Of a stretch of DNA of 64,000 nt, positions 12,461 through 23,685 are shown one piece after another; the stretch's first letter is position 1; the number at the start of each line of letters is the position of its first letter. Source of the DNA: Eledone cirrhosa (taxonomy: Eukaryota); assembly GCA_964016885.1 (NCBI GenBank), contig OZ024761.1:31726504-31790503 (forward strand). Direction: 5' to 3'. Made by a program: the position numbers and the translations under genes. The notes under the pieces are model-generated. The model made no database searches, was not told the DNA's origin, and was given only the letters and a program-made list of their open reading frames with translations.

Positions 12461-12707
12461 CGAGTTCGTGCGGTAGTTCCTCGCAGATCACTGCTAACGA
12501 GATACTGAATCCTGTTGTAATATCTGTACTGAAGGCTGCTCCCATTGAAACGCCGTCCAGAAAGTTGTGAAGCATGTCTCCAATAAGCACTACCCAGCCG
12601 ACTGTTCCTGGGGAATTTGAACGGTGGACCTCGTGTGAATGGCCATGTTTCTGACCTGAGTTGTTCATCATTGGTTGGTTGTGCAATTCTACATCTTTTG
12701 GTGGAGC
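12461..12707 (-). CDS. SLC39A14: ZIP8/ZIP14-like transporter, exon 5 (His-rich loop, TM4, TM5 start)
   Basis: ttattttgtccag acceptor, gtaaga donor, 247 nt (phase 0 to 1); contains HGHSH, GDMLHNFLDG and CEELPHEL signature motifs. Confidence 0.92.
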
Positions 12708-13256
12708 CTGGACAAAATAATTCTGAGATTGTTTTTTGGGGGCGGCCCGGAAATAGATTTACGGCAGGTTGTGGGGCAGCGTGGGATGGGGCGGTTAATA
12801 TTGATGGACGTGACGTCGGGTGGGGGTTAATATTGATGAGTGTAGGGGGGAGGTAATAGAGTTGGTGTGGGGTGGCAGTGGGGTAACAATGAGCGATGTG
12901 GAGTTGGGTGAAAAAGGTGGTGGTGGGAGTGTTAGAGGAGGTGGTGGTGGTGGGTGGGAGGTAATAGAGGTGTTGATCGTGGTGTGATAATGGCGTGTGG
13001 TGTGGCGGGGCGTATAGTGGAGGTGATGATGATGATGGTGGGTTTGGTTGATGGGGTGGTTAATAATTATTTCTACTTTTGGCACAAGGCCAGCAATTAT
13101 ACTAGTACATTACTGGTACTCTATTTTATCGACCCTGTAAGGATGAAAGGCAAAGTTAACCGCCACGGGATTTTAACTCAGACTATAAAGGGCCGTAACT
13201 CTTTGCTGCTAAGCATGGCGTCCGACCCTGTAATAATTGTTTCTACTTTGAGCACA

Positions 13257-15048
13257 ATTCAATTCAATTCAATATATTTGGCAGCAATTAAAACATAGAT
13301 GCCTCTGATGCTATGTAAGGAGGGGAGGGGGACAAAATGTACACAGTCGGAAACACAGTGGTCCAACACCCGTCCAATTTCGCCTTGAATTGTTGCGTGG
13401 TTGACGCGTTGACTACTTCTTCTGGAAGCCGATTCCAGGGTCCAGAGATCCGGATCGAGAAAGCAGCTTTCCGTCTATTTAGGCGAAAGCGGCGGTGAAA
13501 CAGCTTTTTGTCATGTCCACGTAGACCCCTTTCAAGTACCGGAGTGAATAGGAGATCTTGAGGGATATCGTAATGGCCATTGAAGAGATTGTAAGCCAAA
13601 ACCAGGTCGCCTCTTAGCCGTCGACGCTCCAAGGAGAAGAGGTTCAGCTTCTGCAGCCGGCTTTCGTATGGCAGCTCATGAAGACCCTGTACCATTCGCT
13701 AGTCGTTGAACTCTCTCCAAGTGATGGATATCCCGGATGGGTTTGATGCTTGGATGTCATATTCTAGGTGCAGTATCACGAGGGCGACATAGAGAGGCCT
13801 GAAAATTTCTGGAGTAAGTTTGGCAAAGGAGCGTCGAATAAGAAAAAGAGAGCTCCTTGCCTTGTTTGCGGCTTGAATGCAATGTTTTGATGGTTTGAAG
13901 GATGAGTCGACCAGCAGACCAAGATCTTTAGTCTCCTCAACCTCCTTCAAAGGAGCAGTGCCACCGTTGAAGGTAAGAGCTGAGTTATAAGGTGTAGCCA
14001 CTGCCGTATAGCAACACTTATCGACATTGAGGTATAAATCACAGTCAATGGACCAACTCCAGGCGAGCTGGAGGCTGGACTTGAGATTGTCGATCTCGTT
14101 CCTACGGGCTACCATTTTCACATTATCTGCAAATAGAAGCACGTTTCCACCAATCACGTCCGGCATGTCGTTGATGTATAGAAGGAAGAGAATTGGGCCC
14201 AACACAGAGCCCTGGGGAACGCCGCTGTCTACTCCCATCCCCGATGACAGACTGCCATTGATCCGAACTCTGCAAGTACGACCCTCAAGAAATGATCCAA
14301 TCCACTTTATAATCGAGTGATGGAGACCGTAGTTGCTGAGCTTATGCAGGAGTAGGCGGTGCTTGACAGAGTCAAAGGCTTTGGCGAAGTCGAGAAAGAT
14401 AATATCGGCCGCATCTCCATCGTCCATTATCCTCGGCACCCATTCTTCCATCACGAGTAGGTTTGTAAAAGACAGGAACGTTTCGGGATGAAACCGTGTT
14501 GAGATGGAGAGATGACGGTGAAAGACGCAAGATGAGCCATAACTGCCCGCTTGATTAAAGATTCCAAGGCCTTACAGACGATTGAGGTGAGGCTCACGGG
14601 TCTGTAGTTCCCCGGGTCTTCTTTGTCGCCTTTTTTAAAGATAGGGCAAATTATAGCTACTTTCCAGTCGGCAGGAACAACTCCGGTAGCCAATGACAGG
14701 TTGAATAGTGTGGCTAGAGGTTTAGCAAGGTTGGGTGCAACTGCACCCAAAATCGCTGGATGTAGACCGTCTGGACCATGCCCCTTATTCACATCTCAGG
14801 ACAAAAGCAACTTTTCCACCTCGTACAGTCTGACGGTGGTTGGCTGCATGGGTGGGGCGATAGTGTTTAGATTTGGAGGTTCTCTGCCATCGTCCTCATT
14901 GAAGATATTTGTGAAAACATCGGCAAAAAGAGAAGCTTGTTGGTCAGCGTGTTCAATAACTGCAACTTCGGGGCTTCGGAGAGTGACAATTTGGTTATTT
15001 AGTTTTTGATTTCTCTGCACGTGAGCATAAAAGCGCTTTGGATTACGA
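13257..15048 (-). mobile_element. CR1-like LINE fragment (frameshifted RT, 5'-truncated), inserted inside a SINE
   Basis: Four consecutive ORF pieces: GPDGLHP, NYRPVSLTS, QHGF, FLDFAKAFD, GVPQGSVLGP, FADN, and LERRRLRGDL; (ATTGA)n 3' tail at 13257-13272. Confidence 0.88.
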
Positions 15049-16464
15049 CCACTAATTACTCAGTACATTACTGGTACTTTATTTTATCGACCCCGTAAGG
15101 ATGAAAGGCAAAGTTAACCTCGACGGGATTTGAACTCGGACCGTAAAGGGACGTAACTATGCTGGAAAACATGGCGTCCAACCCTCTACCGATACTGTCA
15201 CCCTGTAATAATTGTTTCTACTTTTGGCTCAAAGCCAGCTATTACCCCAGGGTATTACTGGTACTTTATTTTATCGAACCCGTAAGGATGAAAGGAAAAG
15301 TTAACCTCGGCGGGTTTTGAACTCAGAATGGCAAGGGCCGTAACTCTATGCGTCAAAGCATGGCGTCCAACCCTCTATCGATACTGCCACCCTGTAATAA
15401 TGGCACACGCCCCAAAATCTCACGCAGGGGGATCAAACCCGTGACCTTATGATTTCGAAGTTAACTTCTTCCACCATTGAGTCACCTAATCAATAAAAAT
15501 GGCCTCAAATGACTTTAGGAGGTTACATAGCTTGAGATTTTAATCAGTATTAACATATGTTTCAGTGTGTGTGTGTATGTGTGTAGGTCTGTGTATGTAT
15601 GTATGTATGTATGTATGTATGTATGTGTATGTATGTGTGTGTATGTGTGTAGGTCTGTGTATGTATGTATGTGTATGTATGTATGTATGTGTATGTATGT
15701 GTGTGTATGTGTGTAGGTCTGTGTATGTATGTATGTGTATGTATGTATGTATGTGTGTGTATGTGTGTAGGTCTGTGTATGTATGTATGTGTATGTATGT
15801 GTGTGTATGTATGTAGGTTTGTGTGTTCTGGTTTATAATTTCACAAATGTTTGTCCGTGTGTGTGTGTATGTCTCTATCTGTATATGTGTGTATATGTTT
15901 CATTGTGTGACGGTGTATCTGTGTGTTTGTGTGACTGCATATATGTATGTGTCTGGATATATGCGTGTCTGCATGTGTGTGTGTTTGCTTGTGTGTGTTT
16001 TGTGTCTGGATATATGTGTGTCTGTATGTGTATGTCTGGATATGTGTTTGTATGTGTATGTCTGGATAAATGTGTTTGTGTGTGTATGTCTGGATATGTA
16101 TGTCTGTATGTGTATGTGTGTGTCTGGATATATGTGTATGTGTATGTCTGGATATATGTGTGTGTATGTGTGTGTCTAGATATGTGTGTGTGTATGTGTG
16201 TGTCTAGATATATATGTGTCTGTGTGTGTGTCTAGATATATGTGTGTGTGTATGTGTATGTCTGGATATATGTGTCTGTATGTGTGTGTTTGTATGTGTG
16301 ACTGGATATATGTGTGTGTGTATGTATGTGTCTGGATATGTGTGTGTCTGTATGTGTGTGTGTGAGTCTGGATATGTGTCTGCATGTGTGTGCCTGTGTA
16401 TATATGTATATGTGTATATGTGTATATATGTAACTGGGTTTGTGTGGCAACATAAATGTGTATC

Positions 16465-16520
<56 letters not shown>

Positions 16521-16863
16521 ATCACAGATAACAAAAACATTTATTTTTAAACTAACTTAACATTTTTTTATCAGATAAATATGTTATGACTGGGGATTTT
16601 GTGTGTGTGTGTATGTGTATGTGCGTGAGTGTGTGTGTGTATGTGCGTGTGTGTGTGCGCGTGTGTGTGTGTGTGTGTTTGTGTGTGTTCGTGTATTGGA
16701 TGGTTTCCTTCACTTTGTTTTTCAACTGTATTTCATATATATACATATTGACTTAGCTTCTAAAGCAATAACTTAAATAATTCTTAATAACAAAAACAAC
16801 AATTATACATAAAGAGAGAGAGAGGGGGGAGAGAACCGAAAGCAAGAGGACCTCCAGAGGTCG

Positions 16864-17385
16864 ACTGTAAAGTGGTCGTGATGGTGACATAGCAACAAAT
16901 ATCCAGTCCATACTGTAAAGTGGTCGTGTAGGTGTGACGACAAAAAGCACCCAGCCCACACTGTAAAATGGTTTGTATAGGTGTCACAACAAAAAGCACC
17001 CACCCCACACTATAAAGTGGTCATGTAGGTGTCACGACAAAAAGCACTCGGTCCACACTATAAAGTGGTCATGTAGGTGTCACGACAAAAAGCACTCAGT
17101 CTACACTATAAAGTGGTCATGTAGATGTCGCAACAAAAAACACCCAGCCCACACTGTAATGTGGTCATGTAGGTTTCACGACAAAAAGCACCCAGCCCAC
17201 ACTATAAAGTGGTCATGTAGGTGTCACAACAAAAAGCACCCAGCCCACACTATAAAGTGGTCATGTAGGTGTCACGACAAAAAACACCCAGCCCACACTG
17301 TAAAGTGGTCATAACAAAAAAGCACCCAGTACTCACTGTAAATGAAGTTGGCGTTAGGAAGGGCATCCAGCTGTTAGAAACCAAG
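16864..17385 (+). repeat. 48-bp tandem repeat expanded from a second SINE-like family (relatives at 48080-48400 and 56370-56530)
   Basis: Period 48 (ggtcatgtag at 17019, 17067 and onward), running into gttggcgttaggaagggcatccagctgt. Confidence 0.8.
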
Positions 17386-17553
17386 TCAGAATCAGTTCTG
17401 TATGAACAAGACATGATCACCTAGCATTGATGACCTAGCATTGCCCACAGCAGGACAACCCGTCTCGCGTGGAAGATTAGACGTAAAATGGTGATGATGA
17501 TTATATATATATAATCATCTCTAATCTGCAAAATGTTTGCCGATGTTCTACTG

Positions 17554-17586
<33 letters not shown>

Positions 17587-17789
17587 GCATTAATTGGGAG
17601 ATTAGAATTGCGGATCTTTACGTTTTGAGTTAAAATCCTGTCTAGGTTAGCTTTGCTTTTCAACCTTCCAAGGTCGATAAATTAAAGTACCAGTAAAGTA
17701 CTGGGGGGGTATATATTTGACCTTATTTGACCTTCCCCTACCCCGTAAAACTGTTGACCTTATGTCAAAATTAGAAAACATTTCCTTAC

Positions 17790-17906
17790 CTTTTTTCGGT
17801 TAAAGAAATATTTGGCAATATTTCCGAACGAGTTCAATAGTAAAATGACCACACTGACCACAGTGATTTTGGCCAAATATTCCTCCGAAATGTCCAGCTC
17901 AATTGA
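17790..17906 (-). CDS. SLC39A14: ZIP8/ZIP14-like transporter, exon 4 (TM3)
   Basis: Not in the ORF track. ttcttctatttcag acceptor, gtaagg donor, 117 nt phase 0-0; SIELDISEEYLAKITVVSVVILLLNSFGNIAKYFFNRKK supplies the otherwise missing TM3. Confidence 0.8.
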
Positions 17907-18210
17907 CTGAAATAGAAGAAATATATTCGATTATGGTAAAGAGAATATATACACTCAGTAGTAATGGGTGTATAATGGAGGATTACCAGATGAAAAGACT
18001 TTCAGTACTTCCTGTGGCTCTATGGTTGTACAGCTGTGAGCAGTAGTCAGTCCATCTGTTTAGGATGTCCCGTTCTTCAGTCAGGCTTTTTCCTCTCCTT
18101 ATCCTGTATGGTGGGAGTTCACCATTGCTTATATATATGGATATAAGTGTGTGTGTATCCCGGGTTCAATCGGGGTTAACCACAGTAAGTAAGGTACTCA
18201 ATACATAGCA

Positions 18211-18262
18211 GGCTTTCCTGATGATTTCCTTCGAATGAAACAGTTCTAGTCCTGTAGAAGCC
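18211..18262 (+). ncRNA. Type I hammerhead ribozyme, same family as 12044-12094
   Basis: ggctttc-CTGATGA-tTTCcttcGAAt-GAAACAG..CTGTA-gaagcc. Stem I differs from the 12044 copy but still pairs. Confidence 0.75.
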
Positions 18263-18272
18263 ATTTCTATAT

Positions 18273-18319
<47 letters not shown>

Positions 18320-18327
<8 letters not shown>

Positions 18328-20868
18328 AATATAGACATAGAATATTCGAAAATATTCTGTATGTTTATAATAAACATTTTGAAGACCTAATCGCTATAGA
18401 ATAGAATACGTCACGTATTACAATTAGATTCTCGATAAAAGCAAGGGAAGTAAATCTACGCGTTTCATTCTTATTAGAAATCGTCAGGACTACATATCCA
18501 GTGCTTTCATCGAGAATGACACAGCTAGAGACTTATAGAATACTTAGCTGTGTACAGGAACTGGTTTGAAAGAGCGGTTGCCGGTCCGGCAGAAATTAGA
18601 AATTGGAATAAATGCTCTGAAATAGCGATATATATGTGAATATAGACATAGAATATTCGAAAATATTCTGTATGTTTATAATAAACATTTTGAAGACCTA
18701 ATCGCCGGACCGGCAACCGCTCTTTCAAACCAGTTCCTGTACACAGCTAAGTATTCTATAAGTCTCTAGCTGTGTCATTCTCGATGAAAGCACTGGATAT
18801 GTAGTCCTGACGATTTCTAATAAGAATGAAACGCGTAGATTTACTTCCCTTGCTTTTATCGAGAATCTAATTGTAATACGTGACGTATTCTATTCTATAG
18901 CGATTAGGTCTTCAAAATGTTTATTATAAACATACAGAATATTTTCGAATATTCTATGTCTATATTCACATATATATCGCTATTTCAGAGCATTTATTCC
19001 AATTTCTAATTTCTGCCGGACCGGCAACCGCTCTTTCAAACCAGTTCCTGTACACAGCTAAGTATTCTATAAGTCTCTAGCTGTGTCATTCTCGATGAAA
19101 GCACTGGATATGTAGTCCTGACGATTTCTAATAAGAATGAAACGCGTAGATTTACTTCCCTTGCTTTTATCGAGAATCTAATTGTAATACGTGACGTATT
19201 CTATTCTATAGCGATTAGGTCTTCAAAATGTTTATTATAAACATACAGAATATTTTCGAATATTCTATGTCTATATTCACATATATATCGCTATTTCAGA
19301 GCATTTATTCCAATTTCTAATTTCTGCCGGACCGGCAACCGCTCTTTCAAACCAGTTCCTGTACACAGCTAAGTATTCTATAAGTCTCTAGCTGTGTCAT
19401 TCTCGATGAAAGCACTGGATATGTAGTCCTGACGATTTCTAATAAGAATGAAACGCGTAGATTTACTTCCCTTGCTTTTATCGAGAATCTAATTGTAATA
19501 CGTGACGTATTCTATTCTATAGCGATTAGGTCTTCAAAATGTTTATTATAAACATACAGAATATTTTCGAATATTCTATGTCTATATTCACATATATATC
19601 GCTATTTCAGAGCATTTATTCCAATTTCTAATTTCTGACGGACCGGCAACCGCTCTTTCAAACCAGTTCCTGTACACAGCTAAGTATTCTATAAGTCTCT
19701 AGCTGTGTCATTCTCGATGAAAGCACTGGATATGTAGTCCTGACGATTTCTAATAAGAATGAAACGCGTAGATTTACTTCCCTTGCTTTTATCGAGAATC
19801 TAATTGTAATACGTGACGTATTCTATTCTATAGCGATTAGGTCTTCAAAATGTTTATTATAAACATACAGAATATTTTCGAATATTCTATGTCTATATTC
19901 ACATATATATCGCTATTTCAGAGCATTTATTCCAATTTCTAATTTCTGCCGGACCGGCAACCGCTCTTTCAAACCAGTTCCTGTACACAGCTAAGTATTC
20001 TATAAGTCTCTAGCTGTGTCATTCTCGATGAAAGCACTGGATATGTAGTCCTGACGATTTCTAATAAGAATGAAACGCGTAGATTTACTTCCCTTGCTTT
20101 TATCGAGAATCTAATTGTAATACGTGACGTATTCTATTCTATAGCGATTAGGTCTTCAAAATGTTTATTATAAACATACAGAATATTTTCGAATATTCTA
20201 TGTCTATATTCACATATATATCGCTATTTCAGAGCATTTATTCCAATTTCTAATTTCTGCCGGACCGGCAACCGCTCTTTCAAACCAGTTCCTGTACACA
20301 GCTAAGTATTCTATAAGTCTCTAGCTGTGTCATTCTCGATGAAAGCACTGGATATGTAGTCCTGACGATTTCTAATAAGAATGAAACGCGTAGATTTACT
20401 TCCCTTGCTTTTATCGAGAATCTAATTGTAATACGTGACGTATTCTATTCTATAGCGATTAGGTCTTCAAAATGTTTATTATAAACATACAGAATATTTT
20501 CGAATATTCTATGTCTATATTCACATATATATCGCTATTTCAGAGCATTTATTCCAATTTCTAATTTCTGCCGGACCGGCAACCGCTCTTTCAAACCAGT
20601 TCCTGTACACAGCTAAGTATTCTATAAGTCTCTAGCTGTGTCATTCTCGATGAAAGCACTGGATATGTAGTCCTGACGATTTCTAATAAGAATGAAACGC
20701 GTAGATTTACTTCCCTTGCTTTTATCGAGAATCTAATTGTAATACGTGACGTATTCTATTCTATAGCGATTAGGTCTTCAAAATGTTTATTATAAACATA
20801 CAGAATATTTTCGAATATTCTATGTCTATATTCACATATATATCGCTATTTCAGAGCATTTATTCCAA
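18320..20868 (+). repeat. 311-bp tandem array (7 direct units plus about 1.25 inverted units) carrying one hammerhead ribozyme per unit; retrozyme / Penelope-like
   Basis: CTGACGA at 18807, 19118, 19429, 19740, 20051, 20362 and 20673 (period 311); inverted segment 18320-18703; flanked by (TA)n on both sides. Confidence 0.9.
18801..18844 (+). ncRNA. Minimal type I hammerhead ribozyme (first of 7 tandem copies; an eighth is on the minus strand at 18450-18493)
   Basis: gtagtc-CTGACGA-tTTCTaatAAGAAt-GAAACGCGTA-gatttac. Palindromic stem III ACGCGT; GUA cleavage triplet. Confidence 0.8.
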
Positions 20869-21267
20869 TATATATATATATATATAAATGAAAAGTATAG
20901 AAATTATTGTAGTGAGAAGCTAACAGTATTCCATAATATATGTGACTATAGCGTCAAAATGGGAAAATAGTTAACGTAAGATATGGGAAAAATAATTCAA
21001 AGTCAATTCAAAAAGAATCAGGATATAGATTTATCCAACAGCATTTAGAGAAATCCAGGGAAAAATCAATAGAGCCTTAACTCATGATAAAACAAAGTCT
21101 AAAGTACTCATCCTTCAATTTGGGACAACTTTATATATATATATAACGTAGTGGTTAAGGTGTTCGACTTAGGATCGCAATGTCGTTGGTTCGATTCCTG
21201 GAACATATGGCAAGGGGGAGAGAAGGAGAGTCTTGTACTCACAATCCCTAAACGTTGATGAGACTAG

Positions 21268-22234
21268 TATCAGCACCAAACTCATTAGCACCAAACTCAT
21301 TAGCACCAATCTCATTAGCACCAAACTCATTAGCACCAATCTCATTAACACCAATCTCATTAGCACCAATCTCATTAGCACCAATCTCATTAGCACCAAA
21401 CTCATTAGCACCAAACTCATTAGCACCAATCTCATTAGCACCAATCTCATTAACACCAATCTCATTAGCACCAATCTCATTAACACCAAACTCATTAGCA
21501 CCAATCTCATTAGCACCAAACTCATTAGCACCAATCTCATTAGCACCAAACTCATTAGCACCAATCTCATTAACACCAATCTCATTAGCACCAATCTCAT
21601 TAGCACCAAACTCATTAGCACCAATCTCATTAGCACCAAACTCATTAGCACCAAACTCATTAGCACCAATCTCATTAGCACCAATCTCATTAGCACCAAA
21701 CTCATTAGCACCAATCTCATTAGCACCAAACTCATTAGCACCAAACTCATTAGCACCAAACTCATTAGCACCAAACTCATTAGCACCAATCTCATTAACA
21801 CCAATCTCATTAGCACCAATCTCATTAGCACCAATCTCATTAGCACCAATCTCATTAGCACCAATCTCATTAGCACCAATCTCATTAGCACCAATCTCAT
21901 TAGCACCAATCTCATTAGCACCAATCTCATTAGCACCAATCTCATTAGCACCAAACTCATTAGCACCAATCTCATTAGCACCAATCTCATTAGCACCAAT
22001 CTCATTAGCACCAATCTCATTAGCACCAAACTCATTAGCACCAATCTCATTAGCACCAAACTCATTAGCACCAATCTCATTAGCACCAATCTTATTAGCA
22101 CCAATCTCATTAGCACCAAACTCATTAGCACCAATCTCATTAGCACCAAACTCATTAGCACCAATCTCATTAGCACCAAACTCATTAGCACCAATCTCAT
22201 TAGCACCAATTTCATTAGCACCAAACTCATTAGC
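21268..22234. repeat. 15-bp minisatellite (CTCATTAGCACCAA[A/T]), about 64 units
   Basis: Direct observation; explains three spurious 340-360-aa ORFs. Confidence 0.95.
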
Positions 22235-22270
22235 CTACGGGGGCAAAACAAGTGTGGATGATAAACTTAC

Positions 22271-22440
22271 GTGAGGTATTAGGATAATAACGGCTGTGCC
22301 GTATAAGCAACTGGCTCCCATTCCTACAAGGAACTGCAAACTTCTGGCGAAATATGGCGAGTCCATAAATGGTACCAAGATACTCCCTATCATGGACACT
22401 ACACAGACCAGCAGAGCGAAACTAATTCCATACATCCATG
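22271..22440 (-). CDS. SLC39A14: ZIP8/ZIP14-like transporter, exon 3 (TM1-TM2)
   Basis: ttttgtag acceptor, gtaagt donor, 170 nt (phase 1 to 0); TWMYGISFALLVCVVSMIG...LQFLVGMGAS...LIPH. Confidence 0.9.
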
Positions 22441-22591
22441 CTACAAAAGACAAAAAAATCAATTAACCCTTTAGTATTTACATTACTCTATATATACTAT
22501 TGTATTTTTGTGGTTAAGGCTTTATCTTATTGAATCTACGAGATTCCCAAAGGGTGGGTTTTCTGCTAGTATATGTAAATATGGAACTTAC

Positions 22592-22760
22592 TTTGAAAAG
22601 TAGTGGGTCGTAGATTGCTTTCCGGTTGAGTGTCTATGGCACACCGTTCGATCTGGAGACGGTAGACGAGGGCCGGAAGTAGAGCTTCAAATTCTGTCAT
22701 GAAGAATGTCTGGTTTTCTCTTTTGAAAAACAGTTGTAAGAAACTATCTAATGGTAAACA
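22592..22760 (-). CDS. SLC39A14: ZIP8/ZIP14-like transporter, exon 2 (PAL-motif ectodomain)
   Basis: ttgcag acceptor, gtaagt donor, 169 nt (phase 0 to 1); encodes FEALLPALVYRLQIERC, the LIV-1 family PAL motif. Confidence 0.85.
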
Positions 22761-22789
22761 CTGCAACAGATAGAGATTCATACATATAA

Positions 22790-22848
<59 letters not shown>

Positions 22849-22983
22849 AAAATTATATTTCATTTGTTGGGATTCAACAAGCTTAAAAGTTTTATAACTG
22901 ATATAAAGCACTCAACAGTTTACTGGAGTAAATATTCAATATATTAATAAATGGAAACTATATTTATGAAACCATAATTATTT

Positions 22984-23028
<45 letters not shown>

Positions 23029-23069
23029 AAGTATTTCCGAAGAAATAGCAAAGGAAAAAAGAGTAACCT

Positions 23070-23139
23070 CTCTGTCTGATGAACGATCCAGACATATGTA
23101 AATATATCGTCTAGGATCCAGAAACCTTTGGTAATGGAG
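23070..23139 (+). ncRNA. Type I hammerhead ribozyme (relative at 46557-46629)
   Basis: ctctgt-CTGATGA-ac GATCC AGAC...GTCT a GGATC ca-GAAACC ttt GGTA-atggag. Confidence 0.7.
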
Positions 23140-23522
23140 TAGTTATATATTGTGTTGTTCACTTTCTAATTATATATATATATTGTTATACTTTGGGAGG
23201 GACATGTTGCCAATAAGAAACACACGCACCAGTTGCTTTCACTCCAATGTATTAAAATTATTTAATTAAAATTATTATAAATTATTATAAATTTCTTTAA
23301 AAAAAAAATTTTTTTATTTATAAATTTCCGGTTGGTTGGTTCCACAACCGGACGGTTGTTCATATATTGTCAAAGAAAATTTTTTTTAATTTATGATAAA
23401 TTGGAGTGAAAGCAACTGGTGCGTGTGTTTCTTATTGGCAATATGACCCTCCCAAAGTATAACAATATCGGTTTCAACACACGTTTTCAGATAAAGAATC
23501 TTGCTAAACAAATTCAGAAATG

Positions 23523-23563
<41 letters not shown>

Positions 23564-23629
23564 GATGTCCCAAGGCTCTGATACCATCAACACTATTCAC
23601 ACAGAGCTGGCATATCTAAGAACTGACTA

Positions 23630-23685
23630 ACTGCCTGATGAGGTCATAGCCATTCAATGGCTATCATCGAAATATATATAGCAGT
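23630..23685 (+). ncRNA. Minimal type I hammerhead ribozyme
   Basis: actgc-CTGATGA-ggtc ATAGCCA ttcaa TGGCTAT catc-GAAATATATATA-gcagt. Confidence 0.8.

Noticed and set aside
17985-18110. CTGAAGA...GAAA on the minus strand as a hammerhead
   Set aside because: There are no closing stems; it translates as an RTE fragment (CLTEERDILNRWTDYCSQLYNH).
18704-20868. CRISPR-like or coding interpretation of the 311-bp array
   Set aside because: There are no unique spacers, the units are identical, there is no long ORF, and the context is eukaryotic.
21169-22274. 340-360-aa ORFs (LVLMR, ISTNL, APISL repeats)
   Set aside because: Translations of a 15-bp minisatellite in an intron.
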